64,000 bases of DNA from Chlamydiota bacterium. GTDB taxonomy: Bacteria; Auribacterota; Tritonobacteria; UBA1439. The DNA is taken from assembly GCA_012729785.1 (NCBI GenBank), contig JAAYCL010000014.1, positions 25,964 through 89,963 on the forward strand. The letters are read 5' to 3'. The notes beneath the pieces are model-generated. The model was not told the origin of the DNA and made no database searches. It saw nothing but the letters and a program-made list of their open reading frames with translations. Position numbers and translations under genes: made by a program. Position 1 is the first letter of the stretch; each line of letters opens with the position of its first letter. This document shows, piece by piece, positions 18,833 through 27,896 of this stretch.

Positions 18833-20338
18833 ATGAAGAGAATTGTCGCGGCGTTGGCGGTGCTGGTGCTCGCGTCGGGGGCCGCGCAAGCGGGACCGGT
18901 GTGGCCGATGCAGGGGCAGAACCCGCAGCGCACGGGGCAGAGCCCGTTCGCGGGTCCCACGAGACCCGTGCTTCACTGGACCTACCTGACCGGGGGCATC
19001 TACAACTCCCCCGCCATCGGCTCGGACGGGACGGTGTACTTCGGCTCCCAGGACAACCGGCTCTACGCCGTGAACTCATCCGGGGGGCACAGGTGGACGT
19101 ACCACACCGGCGGCGGCATCTACAACTCCCCCGCCATCGGCTCGGACGGGACGGTGTACGTCGGGTCGCTCGACAATCGTTTCTACGCCGTCAACTCCGC
19201 CGGGATGCTCAGGTGGTCGTACTCGACCGGCCCGATATCCTCCGCATCATCCCCCGCCATCGGCTCGGACGGGACGATCTACGTCGGGTCGGACTACGAC
19301 GTCGGGTCGGACTATTGCCAGTTCTATGCATTCAATTCGAGAGGGACGTGTCGCTGGAGCTACCAGATGCCCGGGATGTCGTCCGGTGTCCCCAAATCCC
19401 CGGCGATCGGCTCGGACGGGACGGTGTACGTCGGCTCCATGGCCAACCGGCTGTACGCCTTCAACTCGAACGGGGCCGTCAGGTGGTCGTACAGCACAGG
19501 CGCCCAGCCCTCCGGCCAGTCGATCGGGCCTGACGGGACGGTCTACGTCGGATTCGACGACAACCGGCTCTACGCCTTCAAATCCAACGGCGCGCGCAGC
19601 TGGTCGTATATGATGGGCAAACACGCCTATTCTTCCCCCGCCATCGGGTCCGACGGGACGGTCTACGTCGGGTCGTACGACAACCGCCTCTACGCGTTCC
19701 ATTTCAGCGGGGGCTTCAGGTGGACGTACCGCACCGGCGGCACCGTCGAATCGTCCCCCGCCATCGGCTCGGACGGGACGGTGTACTTCGGCTCCACGGA
19801 CAACCGGCTCTACGCCTGCAACTCCATTGGGACGCTCAGGTGGTCCTACACGGCGACCGCTCTCGTCGAGGCGTGTGGCCCCGCCATCGGCTCGGACGGG
19901 ACGATCTACTTCGGGACGGGGGACAACCGACTCTGGTCCGTGGGCGTGCCGACGACGCCGACGCCGACCCCCGTGCCGCCGGCGCAGGTGGACGTCAGCG
20001 GAAGCACGGTCTCGCCGGGCGACACGCTCAGCGCCGTCTTCCGGACCAACCAGCCGATCTCGCAACCGTTCACCGCGTACGCGGTCGTCATATTCCCCGA
20101 CGGCGCGACGATGGTGAACGTCCTCGACTTCAGCACGGCATTGAAGCCGGTGGCGAGCGACGTGCAGGGGCTTCCGGCAGGGTTCGAGTACACGCTCATA
20201 AACAACCTCGTCATCCCGGGGACGATTCCCCCGGGCCGATACGAGATCGTGGCGGCGTTCTTCACGCCGGGTCGGCCGATCACGAGCCGGGACGACGCCT
20301 TCTACCAGGCGAGCGTGTTCGTGACAGTGCAGCGGTAG
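18833..20338 (+). CDS. Secreted PQQ-like beta-propeller repeat protein with PT linker and C-terminal beta domain
   Basis: Signal peptide; eight SPAIGSDGTVYxGSxDNRLYA-type repeats; PTTPTPTPVPP linker. Confidence 0.9.
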   Translation: MKRIVAALAVLVLASGAAQAGPVWPMQGQNPQRTGQSPFAGPTRPVLHWTYLTGGIYNSPAIGSDGTVYFGSQDNRLYAVNSSGGHRWTYHTGGGIYNSPAIGSDGTVYVGSLDNRFYAVNSAGMLRWSYSTGPISSASSPAIGSDGTIYVGSDYDVGSDYCQFYAFNSRGTCRWSYQMPGMSSGVPKSPAIGSDGTVYVGSMANRLYAFNSNGAVRWSYSTGAQPSGQSIGPDGTVYVGFDDNRLYAFKSNGARSWSYMMGKHAYSSPAIGSDGTVYVGSYDNRLYAFHFSGGFRWTYRTGGTVESSPAIGSDGTVYFGSTDNRLYACNSIGTLRWSYTATALVEACGPAIGSDGTIYFGTGDNRLWSVGVPTTPTPTPVPPAQVDVSGSTVSPGDTLSAVFRTNQPISQPFTAYAVVIFPDGATMVNVLDFSTALKPVASDVQGLPAGFEYTLINNLVIPGTIPPGRYEIVAAFFTPGRPITSRDDAFYQASVFVTVQR

Positions 20339-20418
20339 CCGAGTTCGGGGCGCTCTTCACGGCACACACGAAGCCGGCGGGATGCAGGGTGCGCGTCCCC
20401 CGGGGGTGCGATGGCAGC

Positions 20419-20529
20419 GAAGACGCTGTATGCAACTGTTTCCGCACGAATGTGGTATGGCATTATTCGTCCCGGGGACGATTAAATCCGTAAGATGTTG
20501 AAGCGGTGAGTGTTGTATACAACGTCTGC
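20419..20529 (-). repeat. 111-bp dyad-symmetric element, copy B
   Basis: Reverse complement aligns without gaps to 28841-28951; terminal arms GAAGACGCTGTAT / ATACAACGTCTGC; core ATTATTCGT-CCCGGGG-ACGATTAAA. Confidence 0.9.
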
Positions 20530-20546
20530 GTCGGGGAGGACGGCGC

Positions 20547-22097
20547 ATGATCCGCCCCGGTCCGTGCTCCATCAGCCGCAGGCCGTTCGTCGCCCCGTGC
20601 GGTCGCGGCCCCCGTGCACCCCTGGACGGGGCGGCGCCCGTTTTCTGGCGCCGGCCCGTCTTCCTGCGCCGGCCCCCTGTGCCGCGCCGTTTCCCCGCGG
20701 CCCCCGCGCCGTTTTCCCCCGCGTCGGATCCCGCGGTCCGGACGGCGCGGCGATTCCTCTCCCTCCACGCCGAAGCCCTCGGCGTCGATCCTCCCTGCCT
20801 CGTCTTCGTCCGCCTCTGGCGCACGCGCAGCGGCGCCCACGTCAGGTTCCAGCAGGTCCTCGACGGCGTCCCCGTCATAGGCGCGCTCCTCGACGTCCAC
20901 CTCGATGCCGCGGGGACGGCGACCGTCGTGACCGGCGCCTTCCACCGGGGGCTGAAGAGGAGCGGCGCCTTCCGAAAGGCGGGCATCGGCAAGAGGGAGG
21001 CGGCGCGGGTCGCGCGGGCGGACCTCGGGCGCGGCGCGCGGCTGCGGGCGGAGGAGGGGTGCGCGGAGCTGGTGTTCGTGGAGCGCCGGCACGCGCGGCG
21101 GGTCTACAAGGTGGTGCTCCCCGCGTCGCGGCCGCTCGGAAACTGGGTCTACCTCGTCGACGCCGCCACGGGCGCGATCCTCCGGAGCAGCAACACGATG
21201 CGCTTCGCCCGCGGCAGCGTCTTCCCGAGGAGCCCCGCGGAGGATCCCGCGCCGCGCGTTGTCCCGCTCGAGCGCCTCCGCGACCCGTTCCTCCTGGAGG
21301 GGACGCACGTCGCCGTCGTCAACGAGGATTGCCCCGAGGCGCGCGAGGAGGACGGGGAGTTCCTCTATGATCCCTCCGACACGCACTTCGACGAGGTGAT
21401 GGCGTACTACCATATCGACCGCGCGGCCGAGGCCTTCGGGCGCCTCGACCCCGGGATCGAGACCGCGCTGGCGACACGCGGGACGCTGCGCGTCCATGTG
21501 CACGCCGGGGAGCGGATGGAGAACGCCTGGTACGATCCGGCCACCCGCGCCATATACTTGGGCGACGGCGGCGGGCCGGGGCGGTTGAACGACCTCGCCA
21601 AGGAGGCGGCGGTGATCTGCCACGAGTACGCCCACGCCGTGCTCGACCGGGTCAATCCGCACCTGAAGGGGCCCGAGGCCGACGCGTTGCACGAGGGGTA
21701 CGCCGACTACTTCGGCTGTTCGCTCACCGGAGACCCCCTGATCGGGGAGTGGGTCGTCGCCGCCCGCGGCGAGCCGTGCCTCCGCAACCTGGGGAACCGC
21801 CTGCGCTACCCGCGCGACCTGTCGGGCGCGCCGCACGCGGACGGCGCGATATGGGCCGGGGCGTGCTGGGACCTTCGACGGGCGCTGGGGCCGGAGACGG
21901 CGGACGCGCTCGTCTACGAGAGCATGCATTTCCTGCCCGAGTTCGCGCGGTTCGCCGACGCGGCGACGGGGCTTGCGCAGGCCGCCGGGTGCGTCTTCGC
22001 CGGACGCCACCGGGGGCGGATCGCGGAGGCGCTGGCCGACAGGGGGTTCGGCGCCGACATCGAGAGGAGGCCGTTATGCGTGCCGCGCCATGCCTGA
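20547..22097 (+). CDS. Zinc metallopeptidase, M4/M36-like (FTP/PepSY propeptide plus catalytic domain); start uncertain
   Basis: HVRFQQVLDGVPV, YLVDAATGAIL, HEYAH, ALHEGYADYF, PHADGAIW. Confidence 0.85.
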   Translation: MIRPGPCSISRRPFVAPCGRGPRAPLDGAAPVFWRRPVFLRRPPVPRRFPAAPAPFSPASDPAVRTARRFLSLHAEALGVDPPCLVFVRLWRTRSGAHVRFQQVLDGVPVIGALLDVHLDAAGTATVVTGAFHRGLKRSGAFRKAGIGKREAARVARADLGRGARLRAEEGCAELVFVERRHARRVYKVVLPASRPLGNWVYLVDAATGAILRSSNTMRFARGSVFPRSPAEDPAPRVVPLERLRDPFLLEGTHVAVVNEDCPEAREEDGEFLYDPSDTHFDEVMAYYHIDRAAEAFGRLDPGIETALATRGTLRVHVHAGERMENAWYDPATRAIYLGDGGGPGRLNDLAKEAAVICHEYAHAVLDRVNPHLKGPEADALHEGYADYFGCSLTGDPLIGEWVVAARGEPCLRNLGNRLRYPRDLSGAPHADGAIWAGACWDLRRALGPETADALVYESMHFLPEFARFADAATGLAQAAGCVFAGRHRGRIAEALADRGFGADIERRPLCVPRHA

Positions 22098-23062
22098 TCT
22101 TCGCGATGCTGCTCTCCGCGGCGCCCGCCAGTCACGAGCGCGACCTCGCCACACAGCTCCCGGCGGAGGTCGTGGACTACGTCGTGGCGGCCCGGCTCGA
22201 CGCCGGCCGAGCGGAGGAGTTGCTGAAGGAGCTGTTCCAGCGGCTGCGGATGCGGCCGCGTTACGCGCTCGCGGTCTTCCCGCTCCCCGGCGACGACCGG
22301 GCGCGTCTGATCTTCATCAAGGGGAAGGATGCCGACGTCGCGCTCGTCAAGAAGGCCCTCGTGGCGATGGACGCGGCGTCTCCCCCGGCGCAGGAGGAGG
22401 AGCGCGTTCCGCTGCTGCGGGTGGAAACGGGGGCGGCGGGGCCCGCGGAGATGCGGCGGCGGATCGTCGCGGCCGCCGCGCGCGCCCGTCTTTCGGTCGC
22501 GGACAAGGATCTGTTCATCTACCCGGAGGGGGTCGAGGGGGGGCTCTTCTTCACCGGGCCCGCGGCGCTCCAGGCCCCTGTCGCCGAGCTCGCCGAGGGG
22601 CTCGGGAAGAATCCGCTCCCCGGCGCCGCCGACGCGGCGCGGGACTGGCTCCTCGGGCTGGGCAGGGAGACCGCGAAATCGTTCGCGGCGCTTCTATCCG
22701 CGGCCCTCTCCGCCGCCGCGGTCCTGCTGCTCCACCTTCTCCTCTGCCGCCTGCCGCGCCTCGGCGCGCGCTACCGGAGATCGTTCCGCTTCTTCTGGGA
22801 GAGGCTGTTCGCGTCGTTCAAGGGGAAGGACCTCGCCTGGGAGATCATCAAGGCGGCGGCGGAGTTCGGGGCCGCCGCGGCCCTCCCGTCGCCGGAACGG
22901 ATGCGGGGCGCGGCGCCGCCGCGCGCGCAGGCGCTCGACGCCGCCCGCCGGTACGCGCGCTGGCGGGGCGTGAATCCGGACGAGCCGGAGATCGCGGGGC
23001 TGCTCGATGCGGCGGTGGAGGCGGCGGTGCATCGGGCCGTCCGCGGGGAGGGGCGGGGGTGA
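22076..23062 (+). CDS. Secreted/membrane hypothetical protein
   Basis: GAGGAGG RBS, signal peptide, internal TM helix. Confidence 0.65.
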   Translation: MRAAPCLIFAMLLSAAPASHERDLATQLPAEVVDYVVAARLDAGRAEELLKELFQRLRMRPRYALAVFPLPGDDRARLIFIKGKDADVALVKKALVAMDAASPPAQEEERVPLLRVETGAAGPAEMRRRIVAAAARARLSVADKDLFIYPEGVEGGLFFTGPAALQAPVAELAEGLGKNPLPGAADAARDWLLGLGRETAKSFAALLSAALSAAAVLLLHLLLCRLPRLGARYRRSFRFFWERLFASFKGKDLAWEIIKAAAEFGAAAALPSPERMRGAAPPRAQALDAARRYARWRGVNPDEPEIAGLLDAAVEAAVHRAVRGEGRG

Positions 23063-23152
23063 GGCGTCGAACGCGCGCCTTCGGCCCGCTGGGCGGCTCG
23101 GGGTGCGCGGGCCGTGTTACAATGGCGTTCCAGACCGGCAGGGGGGTGCGCA

Positions 23153-23647
23153 GTGGGGAGACCGGAAGCCGAGGAGAGACCGCTGGCCGTGGCGATCGCG
23201 GCGCTCGTCCACGAGGGGAGGATACTCCTGATCAGGCGGGCGCGGGGGGACTACCCGGGGCTCTGGGGTCTGCCCGGCGGGAAGATCGAATGCGGCGAGC
23301 ATCTGTCGGAGGCGGCGGAGCGGGAGATACGCGAGGAATGCGGCATCGAGGCGGCGTTCGTCCGGCACCTCGGCTGCGTCTCGGAGCATTTGGTGGAGGA
23401 GGGGCGGGTTAGGCGCCATTTCATCCTGCACGTTTGCGCGCTCGCACCTCGAGGCACGATGCTGCGCCCCGGCGCCGAGGGGGAGCTGCGCTGGTGCCCG
23501 CTGGAGGCGCTTGGGCCGATGCGCGGCGAGATCATCCCCAGCGATCTGCTCATCATCGAGCGGATGGTGGCGGGGGAGGGGAAAGGGTACTACGACTGCG
23601 TGCTCGAGAAGACCGGGGATGCCCACGTGTTGAAAAGATTCGTCTGA
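23153..23647 (+). CDS. NUDIX hydrolase
   Basis: WGLPGGKIECGE...AAEREIREECG Nudix box. Confidence 0.9.
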   Translation: MGRPEAEERPLAVAIAALVHEGRILLIRRARGDYPGLWGLPGGKIECGEHLSEAAEREIREECGIEAAFVRHLGCVSEHLVEEGRVRRHFILHVCALAPRGTMLRPGAEGELRWCPLEALGPMRGEIIPSDLLIIERMVAGEGKGYYDCVLEKTGDAHVLKRFV

Positions 23648-23655
23648 GGGATCCG

Positions 23656-25563
23656 TCACTCCTCCGCGGGCTTGATCAGCGGGAGGATGACGGTGAACAC
23701 CGTGTCGCGCCCTTCGAGGCTCATCACCTCGATCTTCCCGCCGTGCTCCCTGACGATCCCGTGGGCGATGCTCAAACCAAGCCCGGTGCCCTGCCCGAAC
23801 TCCTTCGTGCTGAAATACGGGACGAAGATCTTCTCGATCCGGTCGGGCGGGATGTGGGGGCCGTTGTTGGCGATGGCGATCTCGGCGGCGCCGTTTTGGT
23901 GGCGGCTCGTCACCGTGATCAGGCGCTCCCCGTCTTTCTCCATCAGGGCGTGGTGCGCGTTGGTGAGGATGTTGACGAAGACCTGCTGCAGCTGGTTGGA
24001 ATCGAGCATCCCCTTCCGGATCGACGGGTCGAGGCGGGTCTGCACGCGTATCCCGTTGGCGATGAACTGGTGCGCCTTCAGGTCGATCGCGAGGCCGACG
24101 ATCTCGTTCACCGAGGCGCAGACGCGTCGCAGCGGCGGCTTGCGGGAGAAGGTGAGAAGATTCCTCACCAGGTACTGGCACCGGAGCGCCTCCTTGTGGA
24201 GGCGGTCGATGTCCTCCTTGAGTTCCGCCGGGGCGTCATGCTGTCGAAGGATCTCGGCGTACCCGAGGACGCCGGTGAGGGGGTTGTTCAGTTCGTGGGC
24301 GATGCCGGAGATGAGTTCGCCGAGGGCCGAGAGCTTCTCCTTCTGTATCAGTTCCTCCTCGATCTGCTTGCGCCGCGTGATCTCCTCGGAGATCCCCGCG
24401 TAGCCGATCAGTTTCCCCGTCTCGTCCCTGATGGTGCACATCCGCAGCGAGACCGGGAACACCTCGCCTGATTTTCTCCGGTCGAAGATCTCCCCCTCCC
24501 AGAGGCCGTTCCTCGCCTCGCGGGCGATGCGGCCGGAGAGATCGGGCGGGTTTCCGGGGACGCCCTCGAAGAAATCGGCGGAGCGCATCCCGAGCATCTC
24601 CTCCGCCCGGTAGCCGAGCATCTTTTGCACGGCGGGGTTGGCGTAGACGATCCGGCGGTTGAGGTCCATGATCATCACGCTCGCCGACGTGTTCTCGATG
24701 ACGCTGGCGAGCTGCCGCATATGCCGCTCGATGATGAGACGTTGGGAGATGTCGCGGCAGATGGCGAGGACGATCCGCCTGCCGCGGAAGTCGACTGCGC
24801 TCGCGCTGACGTCGGCGACGAAATGCGCCCCGGTCTTCCTGAGCATCTCGATCTGGGCGGATGCGCGGGAGCTCCCCTCGTCATCGCCCAGGCGCCGCAG
24901 GATCCCGGCGAACTCCCCCGGGGCGTAGAGCTCGGAGTTCTTCAGGCCGAGGAGCTCCTCCGCGGAGTAGCCGGTCATCGTCTCCGCCATCCGGTTCGCC
25001 GTGAGGATCCGGTCCGCCTGTGGGTCGATGGTGAATATCGCGTCGTTCGCCCGTTCCATCAGGAGCCGGTGGAGGATCTCGGACTCCTTGAGCTCGGCGG
25101 TCTTTTCCGCCACGAGGGTCTTGAGCCCGGTCGTGTATTCGCTGATCACCGCCTGGGCCTTCCGCTTTGCCGTGATGTCGGTGAGGAGCTGGATGACGGC
25201 CCGGCCGCCGTCGGGCATCAGGAACGGGCTCGCGGAGGATTCGTAGAGACGCCCCTTCTGATCGCGCATCACACAGCTGAAGGACTCCTTCCCCTCGTGC
25301 AGGATCGCCGTGATCGGGCAGGAGGGGCAGCTGCTCGTTCGCCCGGCGATGGCGGCGTAGCACTTCCGGCCGACGAGATCCCCGTAGCGTCCGCGCAGCC
25401 TGGCGTTGTTGTAGAGGATGGTATGGGAGGCGTCCTCTATCAGGACAAAACAGCCGACGGCGTCAAATATCTCGAGGGGGGCGCGCGGCGGCCCGGCCTT
25501 GGGCGCCGTGGGGCGCGCGGGACCGGGGCGCTTCGTCCGCGAAATCCTGGAAGAGGTGCGCAT
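23656..25563 (-). CDS. Multi-PAS sensor histidine kinase
   Basis: Three PAS domains, H-box IAHELNNPL, N-box QVFVNILTNA, GTGLGL. Confidence 0.93.
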   Translation of the reverse strand: MRTSSRISRTKRPGPARPTAPKAGPPRAPLEIFDAVGCFVLIEDASHTILYNNARLRGRYGDLVGRKCYAAIAGRTSSCPSCPITAILHEGKESFSCVMRDQKGRLYESSASPFLMPDGGRAVIQLLTDITAKRKAQAVISEYTTGLKTLVAEKTAELKESEILHRLLMERANDAIFTIDPQADRILTANRMAETMTGYSAEELLGLKNSELYAPGEFAGILRRLGDDEGSSRASAQIEMLRKTGAHFVADVSASAVDFRGRRIVLAICRDISQRLIIERHMRQLASVIENTSASVMIMDLNRRIVYANPAVQKMLGYRAEEMLGMRSADFFEGVPGNPPDLSGRIAREARNGLWEGEIFDRRKSGEVFPVSLRMCTIRDETGKLIGYAGISEEITRRKQIEEELIQKEKLSALGELISGIAHELNNPLTGVLGYAEILRQHDAPAELKEDIDRLHKEALRCQYLVRNLLTFSRKPPLRRVCASVNEIVGLAIDLKAHQFIANGIRVQTRLDPSIRKGMLDSNQLQQVFVNILTNAHHALMEKDGERLITVTSRHQNGAAEIAIANNGPHIPPDRIEKIFVPYFSTKEFGQGTGLGLSIAHGIVREHGGKIEVMSLEGRDTVFTVILPLIKPAEE

Positions 25564-25614
25564 ACGCGATTTGAGGTTGAAAAAGTATATACGAGCGCCG
25601 CAAGGCGGGTCAAC

Positions 25615-25658
25615 GAAAAGCGCATTCACGAAAAGCGCATTCCCTGAAAAGCGCATTC
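25615..25658. repeat. Three direct copies of GAAAAGCGCATTC
   Basis: Copies start at 25615, 25630 and 25646 between divergent genes. Confidence 0.9.
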
Positions 25659-25745
25659 CCCGTCCCGTTCCCGGCGACGGCGATCTGGCGACGGCGATCT
25701 TGCCCGCGCCGCCGCGCGGATGCTACCATCGTCGTCCGCTCAGCC

Positions 25746-26759
25746 ATGGAGTTGCCGATGCCCGATCCGACCCGGTCCGCCCGATACTGGGGCGCCGTGC
25801 TCGTCTGCGCCTGCATCGCCGTCGGGGGGGCGCTCGCGCCGCGCGCCCCCGTTCCCGCGGATGCGCCCGCCCGCCGCGCCGTTCCCGGAGAGGAGGAGAT
25901 GCTCCGCCTCTTCGAAAAGGCGGTCTCCGAGCGGCCGCTCGTGAGGCACCTGTCGCTCCTCTTCGCCGGCGCCGTGGTTGCGGGGCTGCTCATCGACGTC
26001 AAGGTTGCCGCGCGCCTCCTCCGCCGGCGTCTTGCGCCGGCCGGGACCCCGGGGGAGGGGTGGGGAATCGGCGAGGTGCTGAAGGCGGCGCTCCTCTTTC
26101 TCTCCGTCTTCCTCGCCCTGCAGGCGCTCGCGCCGCTGTTCCGGCGGCTTTTTGGCGGCCCCTCGGAGGTCACGCTCCAGGTCGCCTTCCAGTTCTTGGC
26201 GGAACTCGCCGCGGTCGCGTACATCCTCGTATCCGTCCGGCCGGGGCCGCGCGGGCCGCTCGCGGGGCTCGGGCTCGGGGCCGGGCGGCCGCTCCCGGCG
26301 GCGTGGGCCGGCGTGAAGGCGTACGCCGGGTTCCTCCCGGTCCTGCTCTGCCTCGTCGTGATCAGCCGCATCGCCGCAGAGCGGACGGGCGTCGCGGTCG
26401 AGCCGCAGGCGCCGCTCGGGCTCTTCTTCGCCGATCTGTCGGGCCCCGCCCTGGTATTCCTGGCGGCGTTCGTGGCCGTCATCGGCCCGGTCTTCGAGGA
26501 GATCTTCTTCCGTGGCTTCGCCTACCAGGCGGTCAGGCGGCGGTGGGGGCGGCTGCCGGCCGTGCTCCTGACCGCGCTCCTCTTCTCCGCCCTCCACGCC
26601 AACGCCGCGGTCTTCCTGCCGATCCTCGGCCTCGGCGTCGTCCTGGCCTCCGTCTTCGAGACGACGGGGTCGCTCGTGGCGCCGATCGCGGTCCACCTCT
26701 GCCAGAACGGCGCGGCGGTTGCGGCGGCCCTCCTGCTCCGCTCCATTGCATCCCCCTGA
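25746..26759 (+). CDS. CPBP-family intramembrane glutamic endopeptidase (CAAX protease-like)
   Basis: Multiple TMs, PVFEEIFFRG, FSALH, HLCQN. Confidence 0.88.
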   Translation: MELPMPDPTRSARYWGAVLVCACIAVGGALAPRAPVPADAPARRAVPGEEEMLRLFEKAVSERPLVRHLSLLFAGAVVAGLLIDVKVAARLLRRRLAPAGTPGEGWGIGEVLKAALLFLSVFLALQALAPLFRRLFGGPSEVTLQVAFQFLAELAAVAYILVSVRPGPRGPLAGLGLGAGRPLPAAWAGVKAYAGFLPVLLCLVVISRIAAERTGVAVEPQAPLGLFFADLSGPALVFLAAFVAVIGPVFEEIFFRGFAYQAVRRRWGRLPAVLLTALLFSALHANAAVFLPILGLGVVLASVFETTGSLVAPIAVHLCQNGAAVAAALLLRSIASP

Positions 26760-26812
26760 CTGTGCTACAATCGGTTCTCGACAGTCCGGCATCTCGACCG
26801 CATGGAGGCCGT

Positions 26813-27880
26813 ATGAGAGTCAAAACCATCGCGTGGAAGAACGGGGCGATGCGCATCGTGGACCAGACAAAGCTTCCCGGGAAGCTCGTCTACAAGGAGT
26901 GCCGGACGCCCGGCGAGGCGTGGGACGCCATCAAGCGGCTCGAGGTGCGCGGCGCCCCCGCCATCGGGATCGCGGGGGCGATGGGCGCGCTGCTCGGGAT
27001 CCGGAATTCCCGCGCGCGGACCTTCGACCGGTTCTTCGCGGAGCTCCGGAAGGTCGCCGACTACCTCGGCTCCTCGCGTCCCACGGCGGTGAACCTGTTC
27101 TGGGCCCTGCGGAGGATGACGGAGACCGCCGCCCGGCACCGCACCGACGACATCCCCGCCCTCAAGAGGATCCTCGAACGGGAGGCGCTCGCCATCCTCG
27201 ATGAGGACAACGACATCTGCCGCCGCATCGGGGCGCACGGCGCGGCCCTTCTCGCGCACGGGACTCGAATCCTGACGCACTGCAACGCCGGGGGCCTCGC
27301 CACGGCGGAGTACGGGACCGCCCTCGCCGTGCTCTTCGCCGCCCACGAAGCCGGGAAGCGGATCAGCGTCTTCGCCGACGAGACGCGGCCGCTCCTCCAG
27401 GGGGCGCGGCTGACCGCGTGGGAGCTGATGCGCGCGGGCATCGACGTGACGCTCATCTGCGACAGCATGGCCGCCCGGCTGATGTTCGAGCGGCGGGTGG
27501 ATATCGTCATCACCGGCGCCGACCGGATCGCCGCCAACGGGGACACCGCGAACAAGATCGGCACCTACGGCCTCGCGCGGCTCGCCGAGGCCCACGGCAT
27601 CCCGTTCTACATCGCCGCGCCGCTCTCCACCGTGGACCTCGATCTCCGCACCGGGAAGGGGATCCCGATCGAGCAGCGCGACCCTGACGAGGTGCGGACG
27701 ATCGGCGGGACGCGCATCGCCCCGGCGAGGGTGAAGGTCTACAACCCCGCCTTCGACGTGACCCCCGCCCGCTTCATTGCGGGGATCATCACGGAGACCG
27801 GCGTCGTCGGCCCCCCGTACCGGGCGAACCTGCGCGCGGCGTTCAGGAAGGCGGGGGTGAAACCGAGGCCGCGGCGGTGA
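26813..27880 (+). CDS. mtnA: S-methyl-5-thioribose-1-phosphate isomerase
   Basis: VRGAPAIG, SRPTAVNL, LTHCNAGGLAT, ETRPLLQGARLT, NPAFDVTP. Confidence 0.96.
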   Translation: MRVKTIAWKNGAMRIVDQTKLPGKLVYKECRTPGEAWDAIKRLEVRGAPAIGIAGAMGALLGIRNSRARTFDRFFAELRKVADYLGSSRPTAVNLFWALRRMTETAARHRTDDIPALKRILEREALAILDEDNDICRRIGAHGAALLAHGTRILTHCNAGGLATAEYGTALAVLFAAHEAGKRISVFADETRPLLQGARLTAWELMRAGIDVTLICDSMAARLMFERRVDIVITGADRIAANGDTANKIGTYGLARLAEAHGIPFYIAAPLSTVDLDLRTGKGIPIEQRDPDEVRTIGGTRIAPARVKVYNPAFDVTPARFIAGIITETGVVGPPYRANLRAAFRKAGVKPRPRR

Positions 27881-27896
27881 GGGGCGGGAGGCGCGC

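Noticed and set aside
18990-19940. About 120-bp periodic DNA repeats (CCCCGCCATCGGCTCGGACGGGACG) resembling a CRISPR array or DGR repeats
   Set aside because: They are in-frame codons of beta-propeller blades, vary at synonymous sites, and no cas or reverse transcriptase gene is present.
20512-20523. GTTGTATACAAC as an isolated GntR-type operator
   Set aside because: It is only one arm of the larger ungapped 111-bp element, and the other arms do not keep the full palindrome.
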